Source: Tidjanibacter sp.
GTDB lineage: Bacteria > Bacteroidota > Bacteroidia > Bacteroidales > Rikenellaceae
DNA length: 64,000 bases
NCBI GenBank assembly: GCA_017936605.1
Contig: JAGBFH010000022.1
Location: 916 to 64,915 of the forward strand
Reading direction: 5' to 3'
The first letter of the stretch is position 1; every line of letters begins with the position of its first letter. Shown piece after piece: positions 38,539 to 49,741 of the stretch. The notes under the pieces were generated by a model. It was given only the letters and a program-made list of their open reading frames with translations. It was not told the DNA's origin and made no database searches. Both the position numbers and the translations under genes were made by a program.

Positions 38539-39756
38539 CTATCTCAACATTCTTATTGCTTTCCTTACTGCTGCCACAAGTGCATCCACCTCTGCCATAG
38601 TATTATAGAGCGCAAAGGAGGCCCTTGCCATACCCTGCACGCCATAGTGGGCCATAACGGGGTCGGCGCAGTGGGCACCCGTGCGGATGGCCACACCGCT
38701 TCGGTCCAAAACGGAGCCGAGGTCGAAGTTATGCACCCCCTCCACATTGAAGCTCACGATGCTACACTTATCCTCTGCCGAGCCATATATCCTGAGTCCC
38801 TCTATCTTGGAGAGCTCCTCGGTGGCGTAGTCCAAGAGCGCCCTCTCGTGGGCCAGGACCTCATCACCGTTGAGCTCCCTCAGGAATTTGATGGCCTCAG
38901 CCAAGCCTATGGCGTCGATATAGTTGGCCGTGCCCGCCTCGAACTTCAGGGGCACATCGGCATAGGTGGTCTTCTCGAAGGTGACCTTCCTGACCATATC
39001 GCCGCCGCCCAAGAAGGGGGGCATCTGCTCCAACCACTCCCTCTTGCCGTAGAGCACGCCCACACCATTGGGGCCGTAGAGTTTATGGCTCGAGAAGGCG
39101 TAGAAGTCGCAGTCCAGCTCCTTGACATCCACTCCGCCGTGCACAAAGCCCTGGCAGCCGTCAACCACCACAACAGCACCCACAGCGTGGGCCCTATCGA
39201 TAATAGGCCTCAGGTTGGGCCTCGTGCCGAGAGTATTGCTCGCCTGAGTGACAGCCACGACCTTCGTATTACCGTCCACCAGCCTCTCCAAATCCTCCAA
39301 CACAAGGTTACCCTCATCATCGAAGGGAATAACCCTCAGCGATGCGCCCTTGCGCTCGCACATCATCTGCCAGGGGACAATGTTGGAGTGGTGCTCCATC
39401 TCTGTGACGACCACATTGTCGCCATCCGCGAGGAACCTCTCCGAGAAGCTATAGGCCACCGTATTGAGAGCCGCCGTAGCACCCGCCGTGAAGATTACCT
39501 CGCCGCTATCCGTCGTGCCGAGAGCCTCGGCAACAACCCCACGCGCCTCCTCATAGAGTGCCGTGCAGCGCTCCGAGAGGTAGTGGACACCGCGGTGGAT
39601 ATTGGCGTTCTCCTCCCTGTACAGACGCGCCACACACTCGATAACGCACCTTGGCTTTTGGGCCGTAGCGCCATTATCAAGGTAGACCAGAGGTTTGCCA
39701 TAGACCCTCTGCTCCAATATCGGAAACTCCGCTCTTATTTTTTCTACTTCAAACAT
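38539..39756 (-). CDS. sufS: Cysteine desulfurase SufS
   Basis: VYLDNGATAQKP, NIHRGVH, EHHSNIVPW, FSSHKLYGP, RTGAHCA. Confidence 0.96.
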   Translation of the reverse strand: MFEVEKIRAEFPILEQRVYGKPLVYLDNGATAQKPRCVIECVARLYREENANIHRGVHYLSERCTALYEEARGVVAEALGTTDSGEVIFTAGATAALNTVAYSFSERFLADGDNVVVTEMEHHSNIVPWQMMCERKGASLRVIPFDDEGNLVLEDLERLVDGNTKVVAVTQASNTLGTRPNLRPIIDRAHAVGAVVVVDGCQGFVHGGVDVKELDCDFYAFSSHKLYGPNGVGVLYGKREWLEQMPPFLGGGDMVRKVTFEKTTYADVPLKFEAGTANYIDAIGLAEAIKFLRELNGDEVLAHERALLDYATEELSKIEGLRIYGSAEDKCSIVSFNVEGVHNFDLGSVLDRSGVAIRTGAHCADPVMAHYGVQGMARASFALYNTMAEVDALVAAVRKAIRMLR

Positions 39757-39793
39757 TGCAATTGCAAATTGACAGTATTATTTAATTCTTGTT

Positions 39794-39849
39794 CGCAGCT
39801 TTTTGTAAAAAGCTGCACCAAAAACTTTTAGGAGATACTCCGTATCTCT
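39794..39849 (+). repeat. Double-hairpin element B, copy 2
   Basis: Near-identical to 38351-38407; lies between sufD and sufS. Confidence 0.85.
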
Positions 39850-39893
39850 ATACCTTATCTCGTGTTTCTACCTACCGTTTAGCTTCGGAGGTA

Positions 39894-40574
39894 CTACAGG
39901 CCTACAACCCTCTCGAACTCCTCGCGGAGAGCATCGTCGGTGACCTTATCCACAATCTCCTGCATAAAGCCTCCGAGTTGCAGGCGGCGTGCGTCCTCCT
40001 CCGAGAGGCCGCGCTGGCGCATATAGTATATCTGCTCCTCGTTCATCTGGCCCACCGTTGCGCCGTGGGAGCACTTGACATCATCGGCGTAAATCTCCAA
40101 CTGGGGCTGGGTCTGAATCCTCGCCGTGGGCGCCAAGAGCACATTGCGGCTCTGCTGGTAGGCCTCGGTCTTCTGGGCATCGGGGGCAACATAGACAAGG
40201 CCATCAAAAAGGCCATAGCCCCTCTCGCCTGCAATGCCTCTTACTTGCTGGTCACTATGACAACCGGGGGCATTGTGGCGCATCTCTGTGTGGACCCTCA
40301 CGCGGCCCTCTCCGCGAGCCACAAAGACTCCGTAGAGCTCCACCTCGGCACCCTCGCCACAGAGCTCAATCTGGTAGTCGTAGCTGAGCTCACCCTCGGT
40401 CGCGGCCGCAAAGACCACCTTGGCGTGGGCCCCCGCCTCGAGGCTGAGGCGCACACTGTGGGTGCCCTCACTGCACAGCTGGTACAACTCAAGGCTCTGG
40501 CCACCGGCTACCTGCCACTCTCCGCCGCACCCTGCGCACCCCTCTCTCAATATTATCGTTCTCTTATCCGACAT
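39894..40574 (-). CDS. sufD: SufD (short, C-terminal beta-helix region only)
   Basis: FDGLVYV..DAQKTEAYQQSRNVLL, PQLEIYADDVKCSHGATVGQ, YYMRQRG; only 226 aa. Confidence 0.9.
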   Translation of the reverse strand: MSDKRTIILREGCAGCGGEWQVAGGQSLELYQLCSEGTHSVRLSLEAGAHAKVVFAAATEGELSYDYQIELCGEGAEVELYGVFVARGEGRVRVHTEMRHNAPGCHSDQQVRGIAGERGYGLFDGLVYVAPDAQKTEAYQQSRNVLLAPTARIQTQPQLEIYADDVKCSHGATVGQMNEEQIYYMRQRGLSEEDARRLQLGGFMQEIVDKVTDDALREEFERVVGL

Positions 40575-40599
40575 AAAAAGCAATTTTCAGTTCAAACTC

Positions 40600-41352
40600 C
40601 TACTCCTTGTAGTCGCTAATGAGCCAGTCGTAGCCCTCCTTCTCGAGCTTCAGAGCCAACTCCTTGCCGCCCGAGTAGATGATGCGGCCCTTATAGAGCA
40701 CATGCACAAAGTCGGGCACGATGTAGTCCAGCAGGCGCTGATAGTGGGTGATGAGCACCGTGGCGTTATTCTCCGAGCGCAACTTATTAACACCCGTAGC
40801 CACAATCCTCAGCGCGTCGATATCAAGACCACTATCGGTCTCGTCGAGCAGCGACAGCCTTGGCTCCAACATAGCCATCTGGAAAATCTCGTTCTTCTTC
40901 TTCTCGCCGCCCGAGAAGCCCTCGTTCACCGCCCTATTCATAAGCTTGGCGTCAAGCTCCACAACGGCAGCCTTCTCCCTCATATACTTGAGCATCTGGC
41001 CCGCGGTGAGGGGCTCCAAGCCCTGGGCCTTGCGGCGCTCGGCAACCGCCAGCTTCATAAAGTTGGCCATACTCACACCCGGAATCTCCACAGGATACTG
41101 GAAGCCGAGGAACAAGCCCTCACGAGCCCTCTCCTCGATGCTCATCTCCAGCAGGTTCTTGCCGTCATACTCGACCTCGCCCGCCGTAACCTCAAACTTC
41201 TCATTGCCGGCCAACACCGACGCAAAAGTGCTCTTACCCGAGCCGTTGGGACCCATTATGGCGTGTACCTCGCCCGCCTTGACCTCGAAGTCAATGCCGC
41301 GAAGTATCTCTTTGCCATCTACCGATGCGTGTAAATTCTTTACTTTTAACAT
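40600..41352 (-). CDS. sufC: Fe-S assembly ATPase SufC
   Basis: HAIMGPNGSGKST, FQYPVEIPGV, GFSGGEKKKNEIFQ, LDETDSGLDIDAL. Confidence 0.97.
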   Translation of the reverse strand: MLKVKNLHASVDGKEILRGIDFEVKAGEVHAIMGPNGSGKSTFASVLAGNEKFEVTAGEVEYDGKNLLEMSIEERAREGLFLGFQYPVEIPGVSMANFMKLAVAERRKAQGLEPLTAGQMLKYMREKAAVVELDAKLMNRAVNEGFSGGEKKKNEIFQMAMLEPRLSLLDETDSGLDIDALRIVATGVNKLRSENNATVLITHYQRLLDYIVPDFVHVLYKGRIIYSGGKELALKLEKEGYDWLISDYKE

Positions 41353-41418
41353 ACTCTATTCAAGTTGAAAGTTGAGAGTTCTTTCTTCCTCTCTCTTTAT
41401 TTATTTTTCCTTTTCTTT

Positions 41419-41780
41419 CGCGCCTTTTTATAAAAAGGCGCCCCAAAAATTTTTAGGAGATACTTCGTATCTCTGTATTTGCTCTACCCTATTTCGGAGC
41501 CACCCTCACTCGCAGCCGCCGTTGCGGCCGATACTGCGTATCGCTGCAACCTTAAGTCGTAGTTCTACCTACTGCCTTGCTTCGGAGCCACCCTAACAAA
41601 AGTGCCATTCTGGCACAAAAGGCGCCCCAAAAATTTTTAGGAGATACTATGTATCGCTATTAGCGTCTGCCAGGGCTCCTGGGGTTACTAAAGTCCTTAA
41701 AGTCCTTAAGGTCATTAAGGTCCTTAAGGTATTTTACCCTCCAAAAATTTTCAATTTTCAATTCTCAATTTTCAATTCCC
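41419..41780. repeat. Composite intergenic element: B copies 3 and 4 plus 9-mer and 7-mer arrays
   Basis: GCGCCTTTTT-AT-AAAAAGGCGC...GAGATACTTCGTATCTC at 41419-41474, partial copy at 41617-41660, (TAAGGTCCT)n at 41690-41730. Confidence 0.85.
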
Positions 41781-41794
41781 CAAGAGCGGGTTTT

Positions 41795-41895
41795 GTGGAG
41801 GGATTTTTGTGCCAAATTTCTGGAGTGACTCCGCAGTTTACTAAAGGTAAATGAGGAAGGCACTCTCGGGAATTTGGTGCAAAAAGCACCCACAA
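41795..41895 (+). repeat. Hairpin element A, copy 5
   Basis: GAGTGACT-CCGCAGTTTAC-TAAAG-GTAAATGAGGA-AGGCACTC. Confidence 0.85.
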
Positions 41896-41914
41896 GGCAC
41901 GCTCGCAACGCTCG

Positions 41915-43360
41915 CTATCCGACGGAGCCCTCGAGCGATATGGAAAGCAACTTCTGCGCCTCCACCGCAAACTCCATAGGCAGCTTGGCCAGGACCTCCT
42001 TGGCATAGCCGTTGACGATGAGCCCAACGGCCTCCTCGGTGCCGATGCCGCGCTGGTTGCAGTAGAAGAGCTGGTCGTCGGAAATCTTGGAGGTTGTAGC
42101 CTCGTGCTCCACAACGGCCGAGGTGTTCTGGCAGTCGATGTAGGGGAAGGTGTGGGCGCCACACTTGTCGCCAATCAGCAGCGAGTCGCACTGCGAGTAG
42201 TTCCTCGCGCCCTCGGCTGCGGGCACCACCTTCACCAGTCCGCGGTAGCTATTCTCGCTGCGGCCTGCCGAGATACCCTTCGACACTATGCGCGAGCGGG
42301 TATTGCGGCCTATGTGAATCATCTTTGTGCCCGTGTCGGCCTGCTGGTAGTTGTTAGTCAGGGCCACCGAGTAGAACTCGCCCACCGAGTTGTCACCCTT
42401 GAGGATGCAGCTGGGGTACTTCCAGGTGATGGCCGAGCCGGTCTCCACCTGTGTCCACGAGAGCCTTGCGTTGTCGCCACGGCAGATGCCGCGCTTGGTC
42501 ACGAAGTTGTAGATGCCACCCTTGCCCTCGGCGTCGCCCGGATACCAGTTCTGCACTGTGGAGTACTTCACCTCGGCATCCTTCTCCACGATAATCTCCA
42601 CAACGGCGGCGTGGAGTTGATTCTCGTCACGCATAGGTGCGGTGCAACCCTCCAGGTAGCTCACATAGGCGCCCTCATCGGCCACGATGAGCGTGCGCTC
42701 AAACTGGCCTGTGCCTGCGGCATTGATGCGGAAGTAGGTCGAGAGCTCCATAGGGCAGCGCACACCCTTGGGGATGTAGCAGAACGAGCCGTCGGAGAAG
42801 ACCGCAGCGTTGAGTGCCGAGTAGAAGTTGTCGCCATAGGGCACCACCGAGCCGAGGTACTTCCTCACAAGCTCGGGATACTCCCTGATGGCCTCGCTCA
42901 TAGAGCAGAAGATGATGCCCTTCTCGGCGAGGGTCTCGCGGAAGGTGGTCTTCACCGACACCGAGTCCATAACGGCATCCACAGCAACACCCGCCAGAGC
43001 CATCTGCTCCTCGAGCGGAATGCCGAGTTTGTCGAATGTTTCGCGCAGTTTGGGGTCGACCTCATCCATAGATTTTTTGTCGGGCTCCTTCTTGGGGGCG
43101 GCAAAATAGATGACATCCTGGAAGTCGATGGGGGGTATTCTCAGGTGGGCCCACTCGGGCAGCGGCATAGTGAGCCACTTGCGGTAGGCCTCGAGGCGAT
43201 ACTCGAGCATCCACTCGGGCTCCCCCTTGAGGGCCGAAATCTGACGCACAATATCCTCGTTCAGTCCCTTGGGCAGAGTGTGGGTTTCGATGTCGGTCAC
43301 GAAGCCGTACTCATACTCGCGGGAGGTAATATCGTCTAATATCTTCTTTTCGTCTGACAT
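41915..43360 (-). CDS. sufB: Fe-S assembly protein SufB
   Basis: [56 protein letters not shown]. Confidence 0.97.
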   Translation of the reverse strand: MSDEKKILDDITSREYEYGFVTDIETHTLPKGLNEDIVRQISALKGEPEWMLEYRLEAYRKWLTMPLPEWAHLRIPPIDFQDVIYFAAPKKEPDKKSMDEVDPKLRETFDKLGIPLEEQMALAGVAVDAVMDSVSVKTTFRETLAEKGIIFCSMSEAIREYPELVRKYLGSVVPYGDNFYSALNAAVFSDGSFCYIPKGVRCPMELSTYFRINAAGTGQFERTLIVADEGAYVSYLEGCTAPMRDENQLHAAVVEIIVEKDAEVKYSTVQNWYPGDAEGKGGIYNFVTKRGICRGDNARLSWTQVETGSAITWKYPSCILKGDNSVGEFYSVALTNNYQQADTGTKMIHIGRNTRSRIVSKGISAGRSENSYRGLVKVVPAAEGARNYSQCDSLLIGDKCGAHTFPYIDCQNTSAVVEHEATTSKISDDQLFYCNQRGIGTEEAVGLIVNGYAKEVLAKLPMEFAVEAQKLLSISLEGSVG

Positions 43361-43419
43361 ATCTTGAGTGTTTAATTCACAAATATACAAAATTTATTTT
43401 GTATAACAACACAAATGCC

Positions 43420-43600
43420 GAAAATTGAAAATTGAAAATGGACAATTGAAAATTGACAATGGACAATTGACAATTGGGAGAAATGGGAGAAATGAGAGAA
43501 ATGAGAGGAATGGGAATTTTCCTTAAAAACATTAATGACATTAAAGACCTTAAGGTCCTTAAATTCCCTAATTTCCCTACCCCCCTAATAATTTTGAATT
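43420..43600. repeat. 7-mer and 9-mer mosaic
   Basis: (AATTGAA/C)n, (AAATGGGAG)n, (TAAGGTCCT)n, (TTTCCCTAA)n. Confidence 0.85.
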
Positions 43601-43634
43601 TTGCACTTCTTTTTAGAGCAATGACTCTGACAGC

Positions 43635-43674
43635 ACAACAAGGGCCGACCTGAAGCGGTCGGCCCTTGTTGTGG
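43635..43674 (-). terminator. Hairpin terminator of lipoprotein copy 1 (identical at 45641-45680)
   Basis: CACAACAAGGGCCGAC-CTGAAGCG-GTCGGCCCTTGTTGTG. Confidence 0.7.
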
Positions 43675-43691
43675 GTTTGTAGCACACTCTG

Positions 43692-44120
43692 CTACGAGCG
43701 GATGAAGGTCATCTTCCCACTGATTATTCCGGCATCCTCAGTCTGTTCATTGTATAGAACGAGGTTGTCATCGTCGAGGGTCAGGATGTCGAAGTTGGAT
43801 GTTTCGCCATCAGTCGTCATACTCAAAATCTGCTTATCGCCACTTGTGAGGACCATATAGGTAAAAGTAGCCTCCGCACTCTCATCTGCATCAGATTCAT
43901 AAGCGTAGCCTGTGCCGTCGGCCTTGAAAGTATAGCTAACATTCATACCCATCTCTGAGGGATTAACATTAAGCGTTATACCGTCATAACTAACACACAT
44001 TTCAATCATAGTCCACTTGCCAACGATAAGGTCTGCTGGCTCCTTCTCACACGAGGTGAGCGCAAACAGCGACACGAGGGCCGCCACCATCATAGTAAAA
44101 ATGTTTCTTTTCATAGTCAT
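43692..44120 (-). CDS. Lipocalin-like lipoprotein, copy 1
   Basis: Lipobox LTSC; LIVGKW lipocalin-like motif; beta-rich. Confidence 0.8.
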   Translation of the reverse strand: MTMKRNIFTMMVAALVSLFALTSCEKEPADLIVGKWTMIEMCVSYDGITLNVNPSEMGMNVSYTFKADGTGYAYESDADESAEATFTYMVLTSGDKQILSMTTDGETSNFDILTLDDDNLVLYNEQTEDAGIISGKMTFIRS

Positions 44121-44456
44121 TGGGTTATAGAAATTAATAATGTGGTTTTTAATGTTTTTAGTCTAATTCGTCACGCGCCATCGGCCCGCTCTACTCTATT
44201 AGACACACGAAGATACGAATTTGTTGCACAAGTTGCAAATTTTTTGTGGTTTTTTGTAATAATTACAGAAGTGGGAGAAATGAGAGGAATGAGAGGAATG
44301 GGAGAGATGGGAGGTTAGGGGCCTTAAGGGTTTTAAGGACATTAAGGGCTTTAAGGACCTTAAGGACCCTAATTCGACAGACCGCTCTCGCCCTTCGGCC
44401 AAACAAAAAGCCCCTCCTTGGGTGGGAGGGGCCTATGGTGTTTGGGAATTGTGGCA

Positions 44457-45359
44457 CTAACCGAGGCTGCCGACAACCAGCAGCGCGAGGGCGCACAGCA
44501 GGAAGTAGAGCGCCATAGTCTTGGACTTCAAGTTGCGCTCCTTGAAGAAGATAGCACCGAGGGTGAAGGAGACGATGACCGAGCCACGGCGCATAAGCGA
44601 GATGACCGCCAGGAGGGCTCCCTCGCCCGCCAGAGCGTTGAAGTAGCAGAAGTCGGCGATGGAGAGGAATACCGAGATGAGCACAATGCTCCAGTGCCAC
44701 TCGAAGCGTTCGGTTTTGCGTTTGGGAAGCCAGATGAAAAGCATCAGAACTCCATAGAGCAGAGCCACATAGAGGCCACACCACGCCTGCACCGATGCGG
44801 GCTGTATGCCCTTCATCAGAATCTTGTCGCAGAAGGCACTACCCACACCCAGCAACACCGCCATCATAAGGTAGAAAATACCCTTGTTTTTGGTGAAACG
44901 GATGCCCTCCTTATGGCTCGACTGATTCATCATAAAGAACGCGCCAAAGGCCACCGCCACACCTATCCATTGCACCGCATTGAGGCTCTCGCCAAAGAAG
45001 ACCAACGAGCCCAACAGCACCAATACGGGGCGCAGGGCGTAGATGGGCGATACGATGGTGAGTGGCAGATACTTAACCGCCAGATAGCCAAAGAGCCAGG
45101 TGGCCGCCACGATGGTCGCCTTGAGGGCAATAAGCAGATGCTCGCCAAGCGAAATGGGGGTCACATAGAACATCGAGCCCTCCGAAAACCAGCCCAGCGA
45201 GAACTCCGAAGAGAGTATCACAGGGAGAAAAAACAGGGCCGAAATTGAGGTTGCTACCGTCAGCACGGGAAGCACAGCGTTGCCTTCCACAGAACGCTTC
45301 TTGGCCACATCATAGAAGCCAAGCAACACCGACGAAATAAGCGCAAGCCAAATCCACAT
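44457..45359 (-). CDS. EamA/DMT family transporter
   Basis: LLGFYDVAKKRS, LPLTIVSP, two EamA repeats; own promoter TATCTTTG at 45390-45397 (-). Confidence 0.85.
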   Translation of the reverse strand: MWIWLALISSVLLGFYDVAKKRSVEGNAVLPVLTVATSISALFFLPVILSSEFSLGWFSEGSMFYVTPISLGEHLLIALKATIVAATWLFGYLAVKYLPLTIVSPIYALRPVLVLLGSLVFFGESLNAVQWIGVAVAFGAFFMMNQSSHKEGIRFTKNKGIFYLMMAVLLGVGSAFCDKILMKGIQPASVQAWCGLYVALLYGVLMLFIWLPKRKTERFEWHWSIVLISVFLSIADFCYFNALAGEGALLAVISLMRRGSVIVSFTLGAIFFKERNLKSKTMALYFLLCALALLVVGSLG

Positions 45360-45697
45360 AATAGAGTTACAACTTTATGGTTAGGGCGGCAAAGATACCT
45401 ATTAAAATTGAGAATTGAAAATGGACAATTGACAATTGGGAGAAATGGGAGAAATGGGAGAAATGAGAGAAATGAGAGGAATGGGAGAAATGAGAGGAAT
45501 GGGAATTTTCCTTAAAGACATTAAGGACATTAAAGACCTTAAGGTCCTTAAATTCCCTAATTTCCCTAATTTCCCTAATTTCCCTACCCCCTAATAATTT
45601 TGAATTTTGCACTTCTTTTTAGAGCAATGAATCTAACAGCACAACAAGGGCCGACCTGAAGCGGTCGGCCCTTGTTGTGGGTTTGTAGCACACTCTG

Positions 45698-46126
45698 CTA
45701 CGAGCGGGTGAAGGTCATCTTCATACTTACAGTCTGACCATCCTGATTCTCCTCCCTGTATAGAACGAGGTTGTTGTCATCGAGGGTCAGAATGTCGAAG
45801 TTGGCTGTATCGCCATCAATCGTCATACTCAAAATCTGTTTATCGCCACTTGTGAGGACCATATAGGTAAAGGCAGCCTCATTACTCTCATCTGCATCAC
45901 CCTCATAGGCGTAGCCGGTACCGTCGGCATTGAAGGTATAGGTAGCTTCCATACCCGCCTCCGAGGGGTCGATATCCATCGAAATACCGCCATAGCTAAC
46001 ACTCATAGCAGTTACAGTCCACTTGCCAACGATAAGGTCTGCTGGCTCCTTCTCACACGAGGTGAGCGCAAACAGCGACACGAGGGCCGCCACCATCATA
46101 GTAAAAATGTTTCTTTTCATAGTCAT
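45698..46126 (-). CDS. Lipocalin-like lipoprotein, copy 2
   Basis: Paralogue of 43692-44120 at an offset of 2006 nt; first 37 aa identical. Confidence 0.8.
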   Translation of the reverse strand: MTMKRNIFTMMVAALVSLFALTSCEKEPADLIVGKWTVTAMSVSYGGISMDIDPSEAGMEATYTFNADGTGYAYEGDADESNEAAFTYMVLTSGDKQILSMTIDGDTANFDILTLDDNNLVLYREENQDGQTVSMKMTFTRS

Positions 46127-46269
46127 TGGGTTTTAGAAATTAATATTGTGGTTTTTAATGTTTTTAGTCTAATTCGTCACGCGCCATCGGCCCGCTCTAC
46201 TCTATTAGACACACGAAGATACGAATTTGTTGCAAGAGTTGCAAATTTTTTCGCAGTTTTTTGTAATAA

Positions 46270-46455
46270 TTACAGAAATGAGAGAAATGGGAGGAATGAG
46301 AGGAATGGGAGATTAGGGAGATTAGGGACTTTAAGGACTTTAAGGTCTTTAGGGTCCTTAAGGATTCTCCTCATTAACCTCACTAAATTCACTAAATTCC
46401 CTTTTTGCCCCTTTGGCCCTTTTAGCCCTTAAGGACCTTAGGGACCTTAAGGAGT
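46270..46455. repeat. 9-mer mosaic
   Basis: (AATGAGAGG)n, (TTAGGGAGA)n, (TTTAAGGAC)n, (GCCCTTTTA)n. Confidence 0.85.
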
Positions 46456-46492
46456 TTAGGTCGGATAGACCGTAGACAAAAAAATCAAAATA

Positions 46493-46593
46493 ACGGAGGG
46501 AATTTTTTGCCAAACAAAGTAGCGGACTCCGGAGTTTGCTTGACGCAAATGAGGAAGTCCGCTATCTGAAGTTTGGTGAAAAATTCACCCGCT
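46493..46593 (+). repeat. Hairpin element A, copy 6
   Basis: TAGCGGACT-CCGGAG-TTTGC-TTGAC-GCAAA-TGAGGA-AGTCCGCTA; abuts the infB stop. Confidence 0.85.
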
Positions 46594-49390
46594 ATTTTGT
46601 TTTTTTCACTTCGACCTGGTCGTAGGACTCAATTATATCACCAATCTTAATATCGTTGTAGGACTCGATGTTAAGACCGCACTCCATATTGGTCAGCACC
46701 TCCTTGGCGTCGTCCTTGAAGCGTTTGAGCGAGCCGAGGCGGCCGGTGTAGATAACGATACCGTCGCGGATGACGCGGATGGGCGAGGTGCGGGTAATCT
46801 TACCCTCACGCACAATACCGCCGGCGATAGTACCCACCTTGCTAATCTTGAAGGTCTCGAGCACCTCGACGGTACCCATAATCTCCTCCTTCATCTCGGG
46901 CTCCAACATACCCTCGATTGCATCCTTGATGTCGTTGATGGCGTCGTAGATGATGGAGTACATACGAATCTCGATGGCCTCATTCTCGGCGAGCTTGCGG
47001 GCACCCGCGCTGGGACGCACCTGGAAGCCCACGATGACGGCATTGGAGGCGGCAGCCAAGAGCACATCGCCCTCGGTAATCTGGCCCACAGCCTTGTGGA
47101 TGACATTCACCTGTACGGTCTCGGTGGAGAGCTTCAGGAGCGAGTCGGTCATAGCCTCAATCGAGCCGTCAACATCACCCTTCACGATGATATTCAGCTC
47201 CTTGAAGTTACCGATGGCGATACGGCGACCAATCTCATCGAGGGTCACATGCTTCTGGGTCTTGATGCCCTGGATGCGCTGCAACTGCTCGCGCTTGGTG
47301 GCAATCTCGCGTGCACTCCTATCGTCGTCCATAACATTGAACTTGTCGCCTGCCTGGGGTGCGCCATTAAGACCGAGCACCAGCACAGGTGTTGCGGGGC
47401 CTGCCGAGGCCACCTTCTTGCCGTGCTCGTTGAACATAGCCTTCACGCGGCCTGTGTGGGTACCCGAGAGGATGACATCACCGGTGCGGAGGGTGCCGCT
47501 CTCAACCAGCACGGTGGCCACATAGCCACGGCCCTTGTCGAGCGACGACTCGATGACCGTACCCACAGCCTTCTTGTTGGGGTTGGCCTTCAGGTCCAAA
47601 AGCTCGGCCTCGAGGAGTACCTTCTCCAAGAGTTTGTCGAGGTTGATACCCTGCTTTGCGGAGATCTCCTGCGACTGGTACTTACCGCCCCAGTCCTCCA
47701 CAAGGTAGTTCATATTTGCCAACTGCTCCTTGATAGCGTCGGGGTTGGCCGAGGGTTTATCAATCTTGTTGATGGCGAAGACCATAGGCACGCCCGCAGC
47801 CACAGCGTGGTTGATAGCCTCCACAGTCTGGGGCATAACCTTATCGTCGGCTGCCACGATGATGATGGCCACATCGGTAACCTGGGCACCACGCGCACGC
47901 ATCGCCGTGAAGGCCTCGTGACCGGGGGTGTCGAGGAAGGTGATGGTCTTGCCGTCGAGCTGCACACTGTAGGCACCGATGTGCTGGGTGATACCACCCG
48001 CCTCACCGGCAGTCACATTGGTCTTGCGGATGTTGTCCAGCAGCGAGGTCTTACCGTGGTCCACGTGGCCCATAACGGTAACAATGGGGGGACGGGGCAG
48101 CATATCCTCTTCGCTGTCGGCCGACTCCTCGATGGCCTCCTGAATGTCGACGCTCACGAACTCCACCTTGAAGCCATACTCCTCGGCGACAATCACGAGT
48201 GCCTCGGCATCCAGACGCTGGTTGATGGACACCATCAGACCCAAGTTCATACAGGTCATAATAACCTCCGTAACGGCCACATTCATCATTGTTGCCAGGT
48301 CGCTAACGGTCACGAACTCGGTCAGCTTGAGAGTCTTGCTCTCATTCATCGACTGCTCAAACTCGGCCTCCATACGCTCGGCCACAGCCTGGCGTTTCTC
48401 CTTGCGGTGAACCGAGCCCTTGCTCTTGGCACCCTTGGCGGTGAGCCTTGCGAGGGTGTCCTTAATCTGCTTCTGCACCTCCTCGTCGCTCACCTCGGGG
48501 CGAACTACGGGCTTGGGTGCAGGCTTGTTGTGTTTGTTCTTCTTGTCCTTCTTGGAGGAGGGCTGCTGGCCGTTCTGGCCACCACCCTGACCGCCCTGCT
48601 GGGGCTTGCCGCCACCCTGCTGGGGCTTGGTCACATCGACCTTATCTTTGATGCGTTTGCGCTTCTCGCGGTGCGAAGGCTCCGAGCTCTTGCGCAGGCT
48701 GTCCACATCAATCTTGCCGAGCACCTTGGGACCCGAGAGGCTGTTGTTCTCCAGACGGAACACCTCGCTGCTCTCGGCCAGACGCTCGTCGTAGGTCTTG
48801 TGCTGAGCCTCGCTGTCGGCCACGGGCACCTCCTGCTTCTTGGGCTCCACGGGTTTGGGTGCGGGAGCGGGCGCAGGCTTAGGCTCGGGCTTGGGAGCGA
48901 CCTTCGCGGGCTCCTCCTTGGCCTTCTTGGGCTCGGGTTTCACTTCGGGTTCAGGTTTGGTTTCAGGCTGAGGCTTGGGTGCGGGTTGCTCGCTCCTAAC
49001 CTCCTCCTTGGGGGCTGCCTTGGGCTCCTCGGCCTTGGGGGCTGTGGCAGGCTCGAGGTCTATCTTGCCGACCACCTTGGGGGTGGGCACCTCGGTACGA
49101 ATGAAGCTACTATTCTTGATAATAACCTCCTTCTCCTCCGCGCCGCTCTCCTTGCGGTCACCAAGCGACACACTCTCCTGCTTGAGGTTCATACGCTCAC
49201 GCACATTGGCCCTCTCGCCGCCAAGATGATTGCCACCAAACTCCTTCTCCAGAAGAGCATAGACATCGCTCTCAACAAGCGTGTTGGGTGCTACATCCTT
49301 GATTCCTTTCTTCTCGAGAAATTCGGTAATGGTGCCCAGACCAACCTTGAACTCTCTTGCAACCTGTACGAGTCTCAGTTTCTTCTCCAT
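46592..49390 (-). CDS. infB: Translation initiation factor IF-2
   Basis: [55 protein letters not shown]. Confidence 0.98.
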   Translation of the reverse strand: MEKKLRLVQVAREFKVGLGTITEFLEKKGIKDVAPNTLVESDVYALLEKEFGGNHLGGERANVRERMNLKQESVSLGDRKESGAEEKEVIIKNSSFIRTEVPTPKVVGKIDLEPATAPKAEEPKAAPKEEVRSEQPAPKPQPETKPEPEVKPEPKKAKEEPAKVAPKPEPKPAPAPAPKPVEPKKQEVPVADSEAQHKTYDERLAESSEVFRLENNSLSGPKVLGKIDVDSLRKSSEPSHREKRKRIKDKVDVTKPQQGGGKPQQGGQGGGQNGQQPSSKKDKKNKHNKPAPKPVVRPEVSDEEVQKQIKDTLARLTAKGAKSKGSVHRKEKRQAVAERMEAEFEQSMNESKTLKLTEFVTVSDLATMMNVAVTEVIMTCMNLGLMVSINQRLDAEALVIVAEEYGFKVEFVSVDIQEAIEESADSEEDMLPRPPIVTVMGHVDHGKTSLLDNIRKTNVTAGEAGGITQHIGAYSVQLDGKTITFLDTPGHEAFTAMRARGAQVTDVAIIIVAADDKVMPQTVEAINHAVAAGVPMVFAINKIDKPSANPDAIKEQLANMNYLVEDWGGKYQSQEISAKQGINLDKLLEKVLLEAELLDLKANPNKKAVGTVIESSLDKGRGYVATVLVESGTLRTGDVILSGTHTGRVKAMFNEHGKKVASAGPATPVLVLGLNGAPQAGDKFNVMDDDRSAREIATKREQLQRIQGIKTQKHVTLDEIGRRIAIGNFKELNIIVKGDVDGSIEAMTDSLLKLSTETVQVNVIHKAVGQITEGDVLLAAASNAVIVGFQVRPSAGARKLAENEAIEIRMYSIIYDAINDIKDAIEGMLEPEMKEEIMGTVEVLETFKISKVGTIAGGIVREGKITRTSPIRVIRDGIVIYTGRLGSLKRFKDDAKEVLTNMECGLNIESYNDIKIGDIIESYDQVEVKKTK

Positions 49391-49457
49391 TTGCTCTATT
49401 TTTTCTGTTTTTACTTATTATTTCCTTCTTCTACGCCCTATGGGCGTTCCTTTTCTT

Positions 49458-49730
49458 CGCAGCTTTTTGTAAAAAGCTGCACCAAAAACTTTTAGGAGAT
49501 ACTTTGTATCTCTGTATTTGCTCTACCAGGGATTCCAAGGGTCTTGTTCCTTAATCTCCTTAAGGTCATTAAGGTCCTTAAGGTCTTTAAGGTCTTTCTC
49601 TCTGCCTTACGACCCCAATTTGCTGTAGATTGCGGAGGGATTTTTGTGCCGCGCAAGGTAGCAAGTCCGCAGTTTACTGGGGTAAATGAGGAACTTGCTA
49701 TCCGCAGGGCGGTGCAAAAATCACCCGCAA
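49458..49730. repeat. Composite element between nusA and infB: B copy 5 (49458-49513), 9-mers, A copy 7 (49631-49730)
   Basis: Same motifs as the other A and B copies. Confidence 0.85.
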
Positions 49731-49741
49731 GATGCAGCAAA

